A DNA stretch of 64,000 nucleotides, taken from Chrysomallon squamiferum (lineage: Eukaryota; Animalia; Mollusca). Below the pieces are notes generated by a model. That model did no database searches. It was not told where the DNA came from and saw nothing but the letters and a program-made list of their open reading frames with translations. The stretch lies in assembly GCA_012295275.1 (NCBI GenBank), contig CM022673.1, forward strand, positions 22,010,001 to 22,074,000. The letters are read 5' to 3'. Shown in pieces: positions 12,101 to 25,200 of this stretch (position 1 is the first letter of the stretch; every line of letters begins with the position of its first letter). The position numbers and the translations under genes were made by a program.

Positions 12101-15100
12101 TATGACTCGTTTAAAAACAAAAACAGATATATGGACTTATTTTTTACTTGTTTTTAATATTGGGTAAATATATTTGAAAGTATTAAAAGTAAAGAGTTGT
12201 TAATAACCTTCAGTTTGAAATAAGCAGTGGCATATAAGACAGAATAGTAAACATCAAATACTCAAAATATAAACACAACATTCCTTTTACTGGTTTAACA
12301 GATGAAGGTTTTACTGACAGAGTATAAAGCAGAGTGAGTGTAGAACAAAGCACAGCTGTTGTCTTCAGTTGAAGAGTGTTACATTTTACCCAAACAGACA
12401 TAACACAAGACTATCAGAAACATGATCACCTAATTTTGACTCTTGGGGAGAACAGTTTAAGATGCCATATGCTGTAAAAACAGGTCATTGTACATATCTC
12501 CATATTTTTTTCATTTCTTTTTTCATTGGTCCATGAAATAAAAAAATTTAAATGTAAGTTGGAAAAAGCATACTACTTCCTCATTATTTACTGGCAAGTC
12601 TAACATATACTTTGGTGTTGTCTGCTAAATTCCAGATTAATATTTTATGTTCAGCATTAGGCATTAAATTAAAAATAGATGATGTTCAGCTGTTTACAGT
12701 TGTTATTTAATTATCTTAAGAATAGAATTTCTGAACAATATATATAAATTTGTAAAATGATTATGTTAATAATATAATATCAGGATTTTTATAAACTGTT
12801 ATATCTAATGCATAATGATAAAGAAAAAGGAGAGTCTATTCACCCTCTGACCTGTTTCCATTCAGCATGTGTGTGGCATGGCCAGAACATGAAAGTACTT
12901 CTAATTGTGGATAATTATTATTTTTCCTGTGCTAGCTTAAACTTTGTTTAAGGTCTTTAGTTGCTTTATTGTGTAACTGATATAAAAATATGTTTTAAAT
13001 CCAACTCATGCTGTGTGGTTTGACTTAGAAACGAATAACACATCCATCACTGGCCAGTAGTAATTAATGTGTACATGTGTGTATGATTGCATATGTAGAT
13101 TTTCAAGTATTTTGTTCACAGTGCTATCACAATGTATGTCTGTGATTTTTCTCTACAGTTTGTGAACAAACTGAAAGAATAATTCAGGTTTTAACAGGAT
13201 TCCCTCTGTTATCTCATCCTGTTAAGAATGATATACACCGATGCCACACTGGTGACATGACCTCAGTTATGTCCCATTTTTGCTTTTACTTATAACAGGT
13301 AATTTTTAATTTATACTTAATTAATTAAAAGGTAAATAACTTGTTCACATGTTCCTGAAATCTAACAGTGCACCAACATCTGGGGTCCATTTTCAAAAGC
13401 ATTGTGCATTATATTGATAGAACAAGACTGTGGTGTTAACTAAGTTTTTAAATCAGCTGATTTATTGACACAGCCATCCATTTCAATCAACATACAGCAG
13501 ATTGTCAGGCTCCTTTATTAGCTTAGCACTTCACTTGTGTACATCTTCAATTGCTTTTAATGGTGTCTGTAGAGGCAGTTTATTTGATGTGTACATAGTA
13601 CATTCAGCTGGTTGATCAGTGTAGTTATTATCTGAAAGAAGGTAAAGATTACTCCAGTTTTGAGTGTCTGTTTCTTTTCACCATTACTTGCTGTAAAAGT
13701 ACTAGTATCAGTTCATCTAATGAGAAGTAATTACATAATAATGTTCTGCAGTACATATATAACTAGGTAGTTGTACTTCAACCTCTTTGGAAACTTAAGT
13801 CATAACACACTAGGCCATGCCATCTGCTTCATTGTACACTGCAGTGTTAAAGGCTTCAGTATTCATAAACTAATAGTTTTTATTATTATTATTATTATTA
13901 TTATTAATATTTTTATTTTTTTTATTTATTTAAGAGCATAAATTATTAAAATTAATAGTAAATATTTATGCATTTGAAATTGGTTGACACTTCATTTTGC
14001 ACTATGTAACATCATTGTTTGTAAAAATACATGCACAAACAATACACTTGAAAACTTTTTTTGTTTGATACATTCAATCTTTTTATATATATTTTTTTCA
14101 CCTTTCTTTCTCATGTTACAGTGTTGTTTTCCAACGTGTTATTTCAATTAGAGGTTTGTGGGTGGGGCTAGGATTGGTTTAAGTATTGAGTGAATCAGCT
14201 GCCAGATTGTTGATCTGTGTTTGTTACATGATGAGGAATTAGCAGGATCATGTCAGTTTGATTGTAGATATGTTCATTAAGTTTATATTTGTTTTCAGTT
14301 TTTGTTTTCTCCCCTGTCTGTTTCGTTCTATGTTAAATACTGTGTAATAATGTAATGTTACATTTTTGTACATTTATACAACCAAACACCTATAATTATT
14401 TAAAATAAATAAATAATAAAACAAAGTTTCTTTATGCTATAATACAACTTTTTGTAAATTTTTGAACATGCATATGTGTTTTTTTTCTCTGTTTTGTTTT
14501 AGGCAGTAACTTAGATGTAGAAAGATATACGTGTGATTGATAAAAGGAACAGTTCTCCTTACTACTTTTATTAAAGTTTTTCTCAGTCTAGCCAGTACCC
14601 ACAACTGCTTTATCTATGTACACATCATTATCCTGTATAAGAAGAGGTTCATATAAAAGATCCATTGTTGGAAACTGAAAATGAATGAGATATAGCATCA
14701 ATGTATTTCTTTTCTCTGCAGCCTTCTGATGTGTTTAATGTTACTTATCTGTAAATTAAAATATTTTTCCTTCATCTAATTCAGTATATTTCATAACATT
14801 TAAAATCTGTAGAACTTTACTTACTATCACAGTATTTGTTTGTTTTTGAGTAAATTAAGACTTCATTATCTTTTTACAGCATGCATTATTCACACTCACA
14901 TTTTGGTGTAGTTTATCTCTACACTGCCACTGCTAATTGATTTTTCAGTAGAGAATCTTTATCTCCTCTTCTTTCTTAAATATAGATATTTCTTTATTTC
15001 TTCTTTCTAACAATCTTTGCAGACTGTGCATGAGTTCTACTGTTTCTGATAGCTACATGTGTATTTACATGCTGTAAAGTATGTCAGCTTATCCTTCAAA

Positions 15101-16207
15101 TAGCTGATGTGTGTTTGTGCATTCACTCATCTGTGTCAGCATGCAGGGGTACATGGGGTGCTCTCTCTCTCTCTGGCAAATGTTGTTTTATTATTTGTAA
15201 ATGGAGCCTTGTTAAACAGTAACTGATTTAAAATGTTATGCATATTTAAAGAAATATTTATAAGCAGTGAAGGTAAAAGAAAACCTTTTGGCTTTAAAAC
15301 TATGTTTTTCTGCATATTTATGGTTAAATGCAGGTGATAATCTTTTTTAATTTGATTTCTTCGTAAATACAGTAGTTATAATAATGATCATGTTTCCTGA
15401 TAAAATCAGACAGATATTCTTTTTAAAATAAAACATATATATCAATTCTGATAAGAAAGATTGGCAGTCAACCAATGTACATTTTATCCGGAGGGTATAA
15501 TCGTCCTTGTACTTTCAGTTATTTTTTTGCCTCAGGCTTTTGCTGAACACATACATGGGTCAGTAAAATTAAATCCATGATAACACAGTAACAATTGTTA
15601 AATAGACAGCAAATGTATCTAAAATAATTAGTAGGCACAATTTCAGTATTTCAAGAAATAAAGATTGTATTTGTATTTCATTATGGATATGTTACTGAGT
15701 ATATCAGGATTTTTTTAATGAAGTTCAAAAGCTCATTTGACATGTTGATGATCAGATTTAAAAATCAGTTTTAATTACAGTGAGGATCATACAGGGTTGA
15801 CAGAGTTTTTAACATTGATAAAACTGATATTATCTGTAATAATCTACAAAAGAGATCTCAGAAGAGTCATGGTAAAAATGCATTAAAGAAAAAATGAAAA
15901 AAACTGATGGTTCAAAAAATATCATTCATTCTGAATCTCTCTCCTTCCCCTCTTTATCTCTCACTTTTGACCTATCTATATATTCTGAATTAATGATTTT
16001 TGTAACCATTATTTTTACACCTATATACATAGATATAGATTAAAGATTATATTTAGTATTTCAACAATTCATGTGTCAGAAACTACTACATTTCAAAAAT
16101 GTATTGAATAAAATGCCACAATCCATATTTCATGCAGTATTAGATTTTAGTATCTATGATTAATGAAGTTGTTCCCTGATTATTATATATGTATGTATGT
16201 ATATGTA

Positions 16208-16252
<45 letters not shown>

Positions 16253-19200
16253 TAACTCATACATCCCTGAATATACACGCAGATAGATATAATACATAAA
16301 AAGAAAAAAAATGCATGATATAGATATTGCAGCTATATTCAAATGTCATGTTACATGTTTTTTTCAAACTTGCTAATTTATTTTGTCTTTTATATGGAGT
16401 AGTGTTCAGGATGCAGCCACTGAAAATGACAAGTACATATTTTTTATGTGAAAAATGTCTACAGATGTGTACTTAATGACTGATATATGAGGCAGAGTTA
16501 AAATTTCTGCCTCATTCACACAGTCTGTGGTGGGAATGTGAAAGACAATAACACTTTCAATATATATATATATTTTATTATTATTAATTTTTAAAAGTAA
16601 TTTGTTGTAATAAAACAAGTAAAAGAATGTAGAAAATGTATAATGAAGATTATACAGTTACTTCAAAAACAATTGTGTTTTTTTTTTGTTTTTTTTTTAT
16701 AACTAAATGTAGAATATAGGTATATTTAATGGCATAATTTTTAGATTTTTGGTTAGGGAAGATTGAAAAGAAATATTTTCATTTTCTTAAATAATATAGA
16801 GGAATTCATATGGAGAAATTTCACTGGTAAAACAAAGTACAAAAACAAAAAGAAACAGTACATATAGGTTAACATTTTTCCAGTGTTTTATGTATACTAA
16901 CATAATTATGAGAAAACTGATGTGAAACTAATTATTACTTGATATTTATACATTTGCACTTAATGATTTTCTTGAGATATTTATGATATTGTTACTGAAA
17001 ATTATTATTATCTTGAAAATAAAAGGTAAATCAAATGATTATTTTTTGTTTACCTCTAGATTCCTGTGCCTTTCCTAGTGAGTACGACAATTAATGATGA
17101 GCTGATATCAGCTTGGTGTAGTCCATTTGTTGTCTCCTTTCTCTGTCAGTGTTGTCAAATCACTGCATCCATACCTGTTGGTCACACTTGACTTTGTACC
17201 AAGATGTCTTGCACTGGATATATATGTTCATGTATAACTGTTTTGTGTGGTGTGATTAATTTGATGTATAACAAGAAGTAATAAATTATCATGTCTTATT
17301 TTGCAATGAGAAAATGTGAAAACATTTTTTATTTTATTTTTTAAATTATCCCCTTTTTTTAATTTTATAAATTAATTATTTATTACATACTAATTTTAAT
17401 AATGTGAAACAAAATGCTGTCTGAGGTATGTATTTATTTGTTTATTATTTACAAAAAGAAAAAAAAGAAGTAAAATGCAGTTATTTGACAATAAAGGAAT
17501 ATCAAAGGGAGATAACTAATTTCTATGGTTTCTTCTATAAGCAGATTACAGCTTTGGAATTGTCTGAAAATAACAATATTACTTGGCGTGCTGAACTATA
17601 CTACTTTATAATAAGCTTAATGGAAAAGGCATACCAGTTTCAATTTTTTTTTTCTGTATAGTTGTTACATACATACAATTGCCTTATTTTCTTCTTATGC
17701 TTGGTTTTTAGTGTGTTAGATAATAGTTTTTAATTAGTTGAAAGTGTATATATATATATATGTGTGTATATATATACATATATATATAATTTTGGGGAGC
17801 AAACCAATATAAGGTTTTTAATTTTTAGATGTCAAATTTGTTTAGTGTACCTGCTTATGTCATGTAATGTTTTCACTTGGAACATCTTGCGTATAAATTA
17901 TGATTACTCTTATACCTAATATGTACTGATCTTAGTTAATTTTTCATAAACTTTGTGAAAAATTCAGTAAATATTTATTATATTTATCCACCCACATTTC
18001 TTGAAAATGGTAAAACAGTTAGTGAAAATTGTATAAGATGTTCCAAATGGTTATTATAAGTTGCTTTCACTTGGTTATGAGAATAGAAAGTACATGTTTA
18101 AAAACAGCCATGATGCATTTTAAATTCAGAAATCTCTTTCTGCATTAAAATTTACCTGATAAATACATAGATATGTTACTAAATATTAATACTGTAGAAC
18201 TAGATGATTTTAATAATTAGTTTAAATAAGATGGTGTTTGTTACATACATACATACAGACAGACAGACAGACAGACAGACACAAGTGATTTGTCTACAGG
18301 TGAAGTATTCTGTTGTAACTGATCTTTTATTTGTTGTTGTTTCTTTTATGGCACGAATTCTGCTTACTATAGACATGATGAAATTATCTTTTTGTCTATT
18401 TACATGTACATCTCCAACAAGCATGCTTGTATTTACAAATAATAAATATGTATATATATATATAAATAAAAATTGAGGATGAAAAAATTTCATAAACAGT
18501 ATTATTTTCAAATAATATTAAAACAAATATTGCATGGACATTTTATTTACCCCAAATTCAGGAATCCAGTTCATGCATGAACAAATAGTATATACCAGAA
18601 TTAAAGTAATAAATTCAGAATAAATGCATTTTTGATAAGTGTTTGTGTCAATGATTATCAGTCTTAGTATTAATCTTACTGCTACTAACCTTTTTCTCTG
18701 ACATAAACGTAAGTCTAAAATGAAGTCATCCATGTCGTAAATATTTTTATAGCTTTTATTTATTTTTATTATTTTTATTTTTTTATTTATAAATATTAAT
18801 TCAGAATTATATAAGAACAAAAACAAACAATAAAAAACATTATTTAAATAAAAACAAACAGAAATCAAATATTTGTTATGGATTTAATATTTACTGGATT
18901 TTCTTTCCATTTGAATAAAAATCAGATCTAATAATTTGAACAGAATGTTTGTGAATTTTTTTTTTTTTTCAGGAATTAAATCAATTTGTTGCAGATATGA
19001 AATTTTCAGATTTAGTTGTTTTTTTTTTGTTTTTTTTTTCATGTTATCTGTAAAATATAGTAATGGTAATGGTTAAACATATATATATAAAAAAATAGAT
19101 AGTTGATTCAAATAGCTAAAAAAGATAAATACTGTATAAACAGTGATTCATATACAAAGGTGTACAACAATTTGTGATAAATGTTTTTAACCATTTTAAA

Positions 19201-22200
19201 ACAAACTTTATATCACTGGCTGTTTCAAGAGAGTAATGTTCATACTTATCATGGTGTTACTTTGTGTTTTATTTTAAACAGAAGAAAAAGATTCTTGGAG
19301 ATTCAACATCAACCCAAGTTCTCAGGGATCTGGAGATTTCTCTACGAACTAATCACATAGAGTAAGTTAAAAATAAAGTTAATAATGTATAATTTTAAAA
19401 ATTATACTTTTATGATTTCGGAGTTTAGCTTTCTTTTCTTCTGTCATTGTTTTAATAAACTGTAAATTACACAAGGTAAGATTAAATACACAAAGAAGTA
19501 TTTGGTTTTATATTATTTTTTTATTTCTTTATTTAGATGGGTTCGAGAGTTCCTTAGTGAAGAAAATCAAGGACTGGACATTCTTGTTGACTATCTGTCT
19601 TTCACACAAGTCGTCATGAGGTGACAAATTCTTCACCTTCTTTATATACAAGTTATATAGAAGTGCAGAGTTAATAAAATAGTAGAAGTTTTGAAAAGTT
19701 GTTAATGTTGTGTTTGGACATACTAAATGATACAGATTCATGGAGAATTGTACAGAAAAGTTGGTTTGTAGTTTTAAATAGTAGAGATGAAAATGTTATA
19801 AACATTTACTTGTTACTTACAATTTATTTGAGAACTATATTTTAATGGTTAATGTTACAAAAACTGATACCTGTAGATAAGTACTTATTCCAGTGTATTT
19901 TTAGGTATAATTTATTAAAGTTAATGTTACTGGTTATTAGAAACTTTTTTTAGGATAATGATTTTAATTTTAATTTTCAAAGACGAGAACAACTTTTATC
20001 ACAAGAGAAGACTGCAAGTCTAGACTCTGGTTTAAGTCGCAGTCCAAACCGAAGACTGAAAAGGTCAAACACACTGGGATCACCACCTCGCTCCATCAAG
20101 TATTCCAGCAAGCTGAACATGGGTGAAGCAAGGGATGATGTCCATGTTTGCATAATGTGCCTACGAGCCATCATGAACCACCAGGTACACTAATTAAAAA
20201 ATGTATTATTACTATTATTAATAGTATTGTCTGTGAAATCAATATTTGAAAACATCTATTTACATAATCCTTCATGAGTAAGTTTGTTCAATTTTCTGTT
20301 TTCACACAATTACTGACGTATCATTTTACATGATTTCCTGTTTTTTGGATGAAGTTTTAATTGGTTCACATCCTAGTAAAAGAAAAAGATAGGATATTAA
20401 TTAATGAGATAACTGTAAGTCTTGTATTATTTTTTTATGCTTTTGTTTTGCAGTATGGTTTTAATCTTGTGATAGGCCACAGGCAGGCAATCAACTGTAT
20501 AGCAATGAGTTTGAATCACAGGAATTTAAGGTAATGTTTATGGAGAATATATTACAATGAAAAATACTGTGTTGCAGGAATTTTATATGTCATTTACCAT
20601 AGACTAATATTAATAACATTAAAACTTCATTCATGTTGTAATGTAAAACTGTGGATGATATATTCATGTTTCTTGATGATTATTTGGATACTTAGTTGCA
20701 TTATAGTTGCTGTTTTTTATTCATTTATTTGTAAGTTGTTTAATAAAAATTATTTTAATTTCAGGACCAAAGCGTTAGTGTTAGAATTGTTAGCTGCTGT
20801 TTGTCTGGTCAGCGGTGGTCATGAAATAATCCTGTCTGCTTTTGATAATTTCAAAGAGGTATTCACTTAGTTTTTCTGTGCAGATTAATGCAAACACCTT
20901 TTTTGTGGGGGGGAGAGTGAATTTTCTGTTTTCAGTAAAAATAAAAAAATTTATGTACTAAAAGTTTAGTGCTAGATAACTTGAATTCTAAAATTTAGAA
21001 ATGAAATGTTTTGGTTTTAATTGATTTTTCTTCCAGGTTATTAAAAATGTACTTATAATTTTCAAACTTAATTAAAAAAACTGTAAAGTAAACTATGAAT
21101 TACAGTAATTAGATTAGTGAATTTTCTTACATGTTTATTTTTAGATGTGTGGAGAGGGCCCAAGGTTTGAAACTTTAATGGATTATTTCAAAAACTATGA
21201 GGAATTCCACATAGACTTTATGGTAAGTATGTTACAGTTATCTTTCAGAATGAATTATTTAAAATACAATTAATTTCATTACAATTTTATTATGATTTAA
21301 AATTTAAAATTTGAATTTTGGATTATTTTATTTTTAAAACATTTTATATTTGATATGTTATTGTTAAAAATTAGTAAAATCTTTTAGTGTAAATTAATAT
21401 AATGTTATTTTTTCTTTGGCAGGTTGCTTGTATGCAGTTTATCAACATTATTGTACATTCTGTGGAAAACATGAATTTCCGTGTCCATCTTCAGCATGAG
21501 TTCACTGAGATTGGTTTAGATGATTACTTAGAGGTAACAGATCATTCTTTACTTTATAAAAAAACAATCATAACAAGATGTATTGATCTAACTTAACAGC
21601 CTGATAGAAATATAATATTTTCATTATCTTGTTAAAACCTACGGTTACAGAAAACTTCTTCTTAAGCAGTAAAAATACACAAGATTTAAAAAAAAAAAAA
21701 TTAAATCTATAACATAAAAATGATTACAGAAACTGCGTCACACTGAAAGTGATCGGCTAGCAGTACAAGTTCATGCCTACCTCGACAACATGATCGACGT
21801 TGCTCAGTTACTGGAGGATTCAGAAACTAAAACAGAAGCTCTGGAGAAAGTAGCAGAGTTAGAGGATGAAGTGTCACATGTAAGTAACTAGTTTAAAAAT
21901 AAATATTGGAGATAAGTATGTTTAAATTTGAAAGTTTTGCTTGAAATAATTCACAAATAGTTCATGATTTCAGGCTGCTAGTTCACATAATTAACTTGCT
22001 TAAAAAATAAAAAATATACAGTTTTATAACTAAATTAATAAGAAAATAAAAACACACAATTAAAGCAAAAAAAACCAAGAAAAATGTGACAATAAAAACA
22101 AACTAGCTATTTGTTTGGAGCTCAGTTGTAACTTTCATGCAAACATATTTGATATATACTTGTTGAATTAGTTTGCTAATATGTTAAAAGATAGAAATGT

Positions 22201-25200
22201 TTTATAAACACATTAAATATCATCACATATACCAAATATTTAATGTTTTTTAATTTTCAGTTTTTATAAAATTTTACAACTCAGAATGATTTATTTTTGC
22301 TCCCCTTGCAGGTCAATGACAAGCTCATGGAAGTAGAAGAAGAAGCTCTGAGAAAAACAGGTAAAATACACACTTTCCAGAGAATACGGTTAAAACAACT
22401 CAGGAATAATAATTATAAAATGTGCCACTGAAACTTGAGAACACCTCAGCAACAAAAAAATTATAAAAAAATTAAAAACTAAATAATTAAGTAGAAATAA
22501 AAGTGAAGTGAATAGCCAACTATTTAATAGAAAGGTTTCATGATGGCAAAAACAAAAAATTGTAATTCATATTGAAAGTGGATATTATTGAAAACCTATA
22601 ATTATAATCATTTTAATAGGTGTTCTTGATATAAAATTGTTTTAATTCATAATGTTTTTAATGACATCTTTTTTCAAAATTGGTAAATACTCTTTTCAGT
22701 CTTCACAAAGTGCAATTTCTTTTTCAGTTGAATTAGAAAAGCAGTTGTCTGATGCTTTGACAGAACTAGAAACAATGAAGGTACAGTTTTAGTACAGATA
22801 TTTAAAATAATAATAGTAATAATACAAGTCTTTATTGGAATTTTGTATAAATTATTATTACATTTGATAACAGTAATAATTTTGTTGAAATAAATAATGA
22901 AACTGAGATCAAGAATATCCTCTAATTTAATTTTTGTGTTTTTCCCAAATTATAATGATCAGTATATATTGCTTGATATAAACAAATTTCCAGTATTATT
23001 AAAGCATTTCTCATCTATTTTCTTTGTAGAAATTGTTGATGCTAAAATACCATTCTTTAACACCCAGGAACTGGGCTTTCATTAAACATTCATTAATTGC
23101 TTGTTGATACTGATTCTTTGTAAATTTTGTAAATTCAGGAGTTGATGAAAGAACAGGAGTATGAAATGAACACACTGCGACTGACAGTGAACGAGAAAGA
23201 TGAGGAATCTAGAAAACGTCAGAGTATGCTTGATGCCAAACTACAGGAGTTAGAACATTTGAGAGATCATGTTTCACGTAAGACTTCAATAATATACTGT
23301 TTGGTGAAGGCTTTATTGGAAAATAATATTTATTTACTCACTGCGTTCATTCTGAGAGTGCTAGAAATTTAGTTAATGGTGGGATTTTTTATCACCTTTT
23401 TTAAAACAATTTCATATTAAGCTTCTATTGTTCATACTTTAAGAGGGAAACAACTAGAAGAAAAACCATAACAAAAGAAAACTAAAATAAAATAATCACT
23501 GTTTTATAAATTTTATGTGAAAGCTCATAATATGAATATATTTTTGCCTTCAGCATGTATAAGATAATGAAATTTTAATACCTGAAATACAATTTTTAGC
23601 ATATTCTGGTACTAAACATACAGACATTCAAACCATATTAAAATATTAACCAAAATAAATGAAACACTAAAATATTACAATTTGGATAAAAACATTTTAA
23701 ACTGGTTTTCATAAATTGTTGTATTATGTGCTAATTAATAGTTCAACTGTTGTTCAAATTAAATGACTAGTTTGAAATAGCTCAATGTTTGTATTAAACC
23801 TTTTGTAAGGAATGGTGCCACGCACTTATTTAAACGACGGTAAGATAGAATCAGGTGAGTCGTGCCTTTCGTTTTAGTTGAATCAAAAAGTTTATTTTTA
23901 TGTTTTGAAAATTGTTTTGTTTTCAAAGTTGATGATTCAATGTAGTTTGTACTGGCATGTTTATCAGTACCAACTTTGTCTTCTTTGATACTCGTCTACC
24001 TTCACAAACACCAGCTTTTGTTTTCCCAAAATTATCTTCTGTTTTTTTTTTTATTCCTTTCCTTCCCATGACTAAAATAAAGCAATGAATCATAATATTT
24101 GCAAAAATGTTATTAGTTGTTATATATTATATTGGATATTTTTTACAGAAACATTCAGTTACTGCATTTTTCATTTGGAATTTCTATATATTTAAAATTA
24201 TTTTGATAATTTCGTTTTTCAGTAATATTTTTGTAGAAAGTAAATTAAAAAAAAACCAAAAGAAATTCTGAAAAATTGAAATTGGAAATATATCATTTCA
24301 GTTGGTTTGTTTTGTAAAAAGTTAGATTCTATAAATGAGAAAACAGATTAGAAAGTAATATTTTGTTAGTAGACTGAACATAAACTTTAACTAAATGTTT
24401 ACTAACATTTTCTCAAAAACCCAAAGCTTTTGGAATACATCATATTTACATAATAAATATTTTAATGTCGATGTTAGAATATTTTCATTTTTTAATTAAT
24501 TATTTTTATAATTTATATGTTAATGGAATTTAAAAATTAAAAAAACTATTATGAATTTAATACTGCTTCTTTGCTTAATTTCACATAATTTGAGCACAGT
24601 CTGTGTTATTCTGCATCACTAATATTAATATTAGAGAGGTCCTGAAAAATATAGAATTCTCTAAGTAATATGAATCTTATAATGCTGCATTATGTAAATT
24701 GATCTCTTTCCTAGGTATATATACAAACTTCAAACAGGTTATGTTCAGTATTATTCAAATTCTTATCTTTTTCTTTTCCTGTAATATAAAATAGGAATAA
24801 AAGAAAAATAGAATAAATCAACATTTATGCAACTTTACCATTTCCATTAAACTGAATTTCTAGCTTCTTTTTATCATTTCTATTATTTATTTATTTATTT
24901 ATTACTTATTTTATTCCAGTTTTTACAATGAAATTTAAATAGGATGAAATGTGTTATTCAAATTTTTCTGTTAATCATAAATTAACTAATGAAAGTGTAG
25001 TGAAAAAAATTAACTGTTGACCAGTTTTCTATATGTATTAAAAGTAATTTTTGAATGTTATTCATTTTATTTTTATTTTTTTGCATGAATGACTTCTCTT
25101 TTTTGTTTTTCTTTCTGTTTTCTTTTTTTATTCAGTAATTTCAGTTTCTTTCTTTGTTTTATATTTGTTATTAATTTGTCTTGTCTTTCTTCTCATTCTT

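Noticed and set aside
14503-14505. 3-nt microexon (ttttag|GCA|gtaact) in FMNL intron 3
   Set aside because: Weak donor; such a short match is expected by chance in AT-rich introns.
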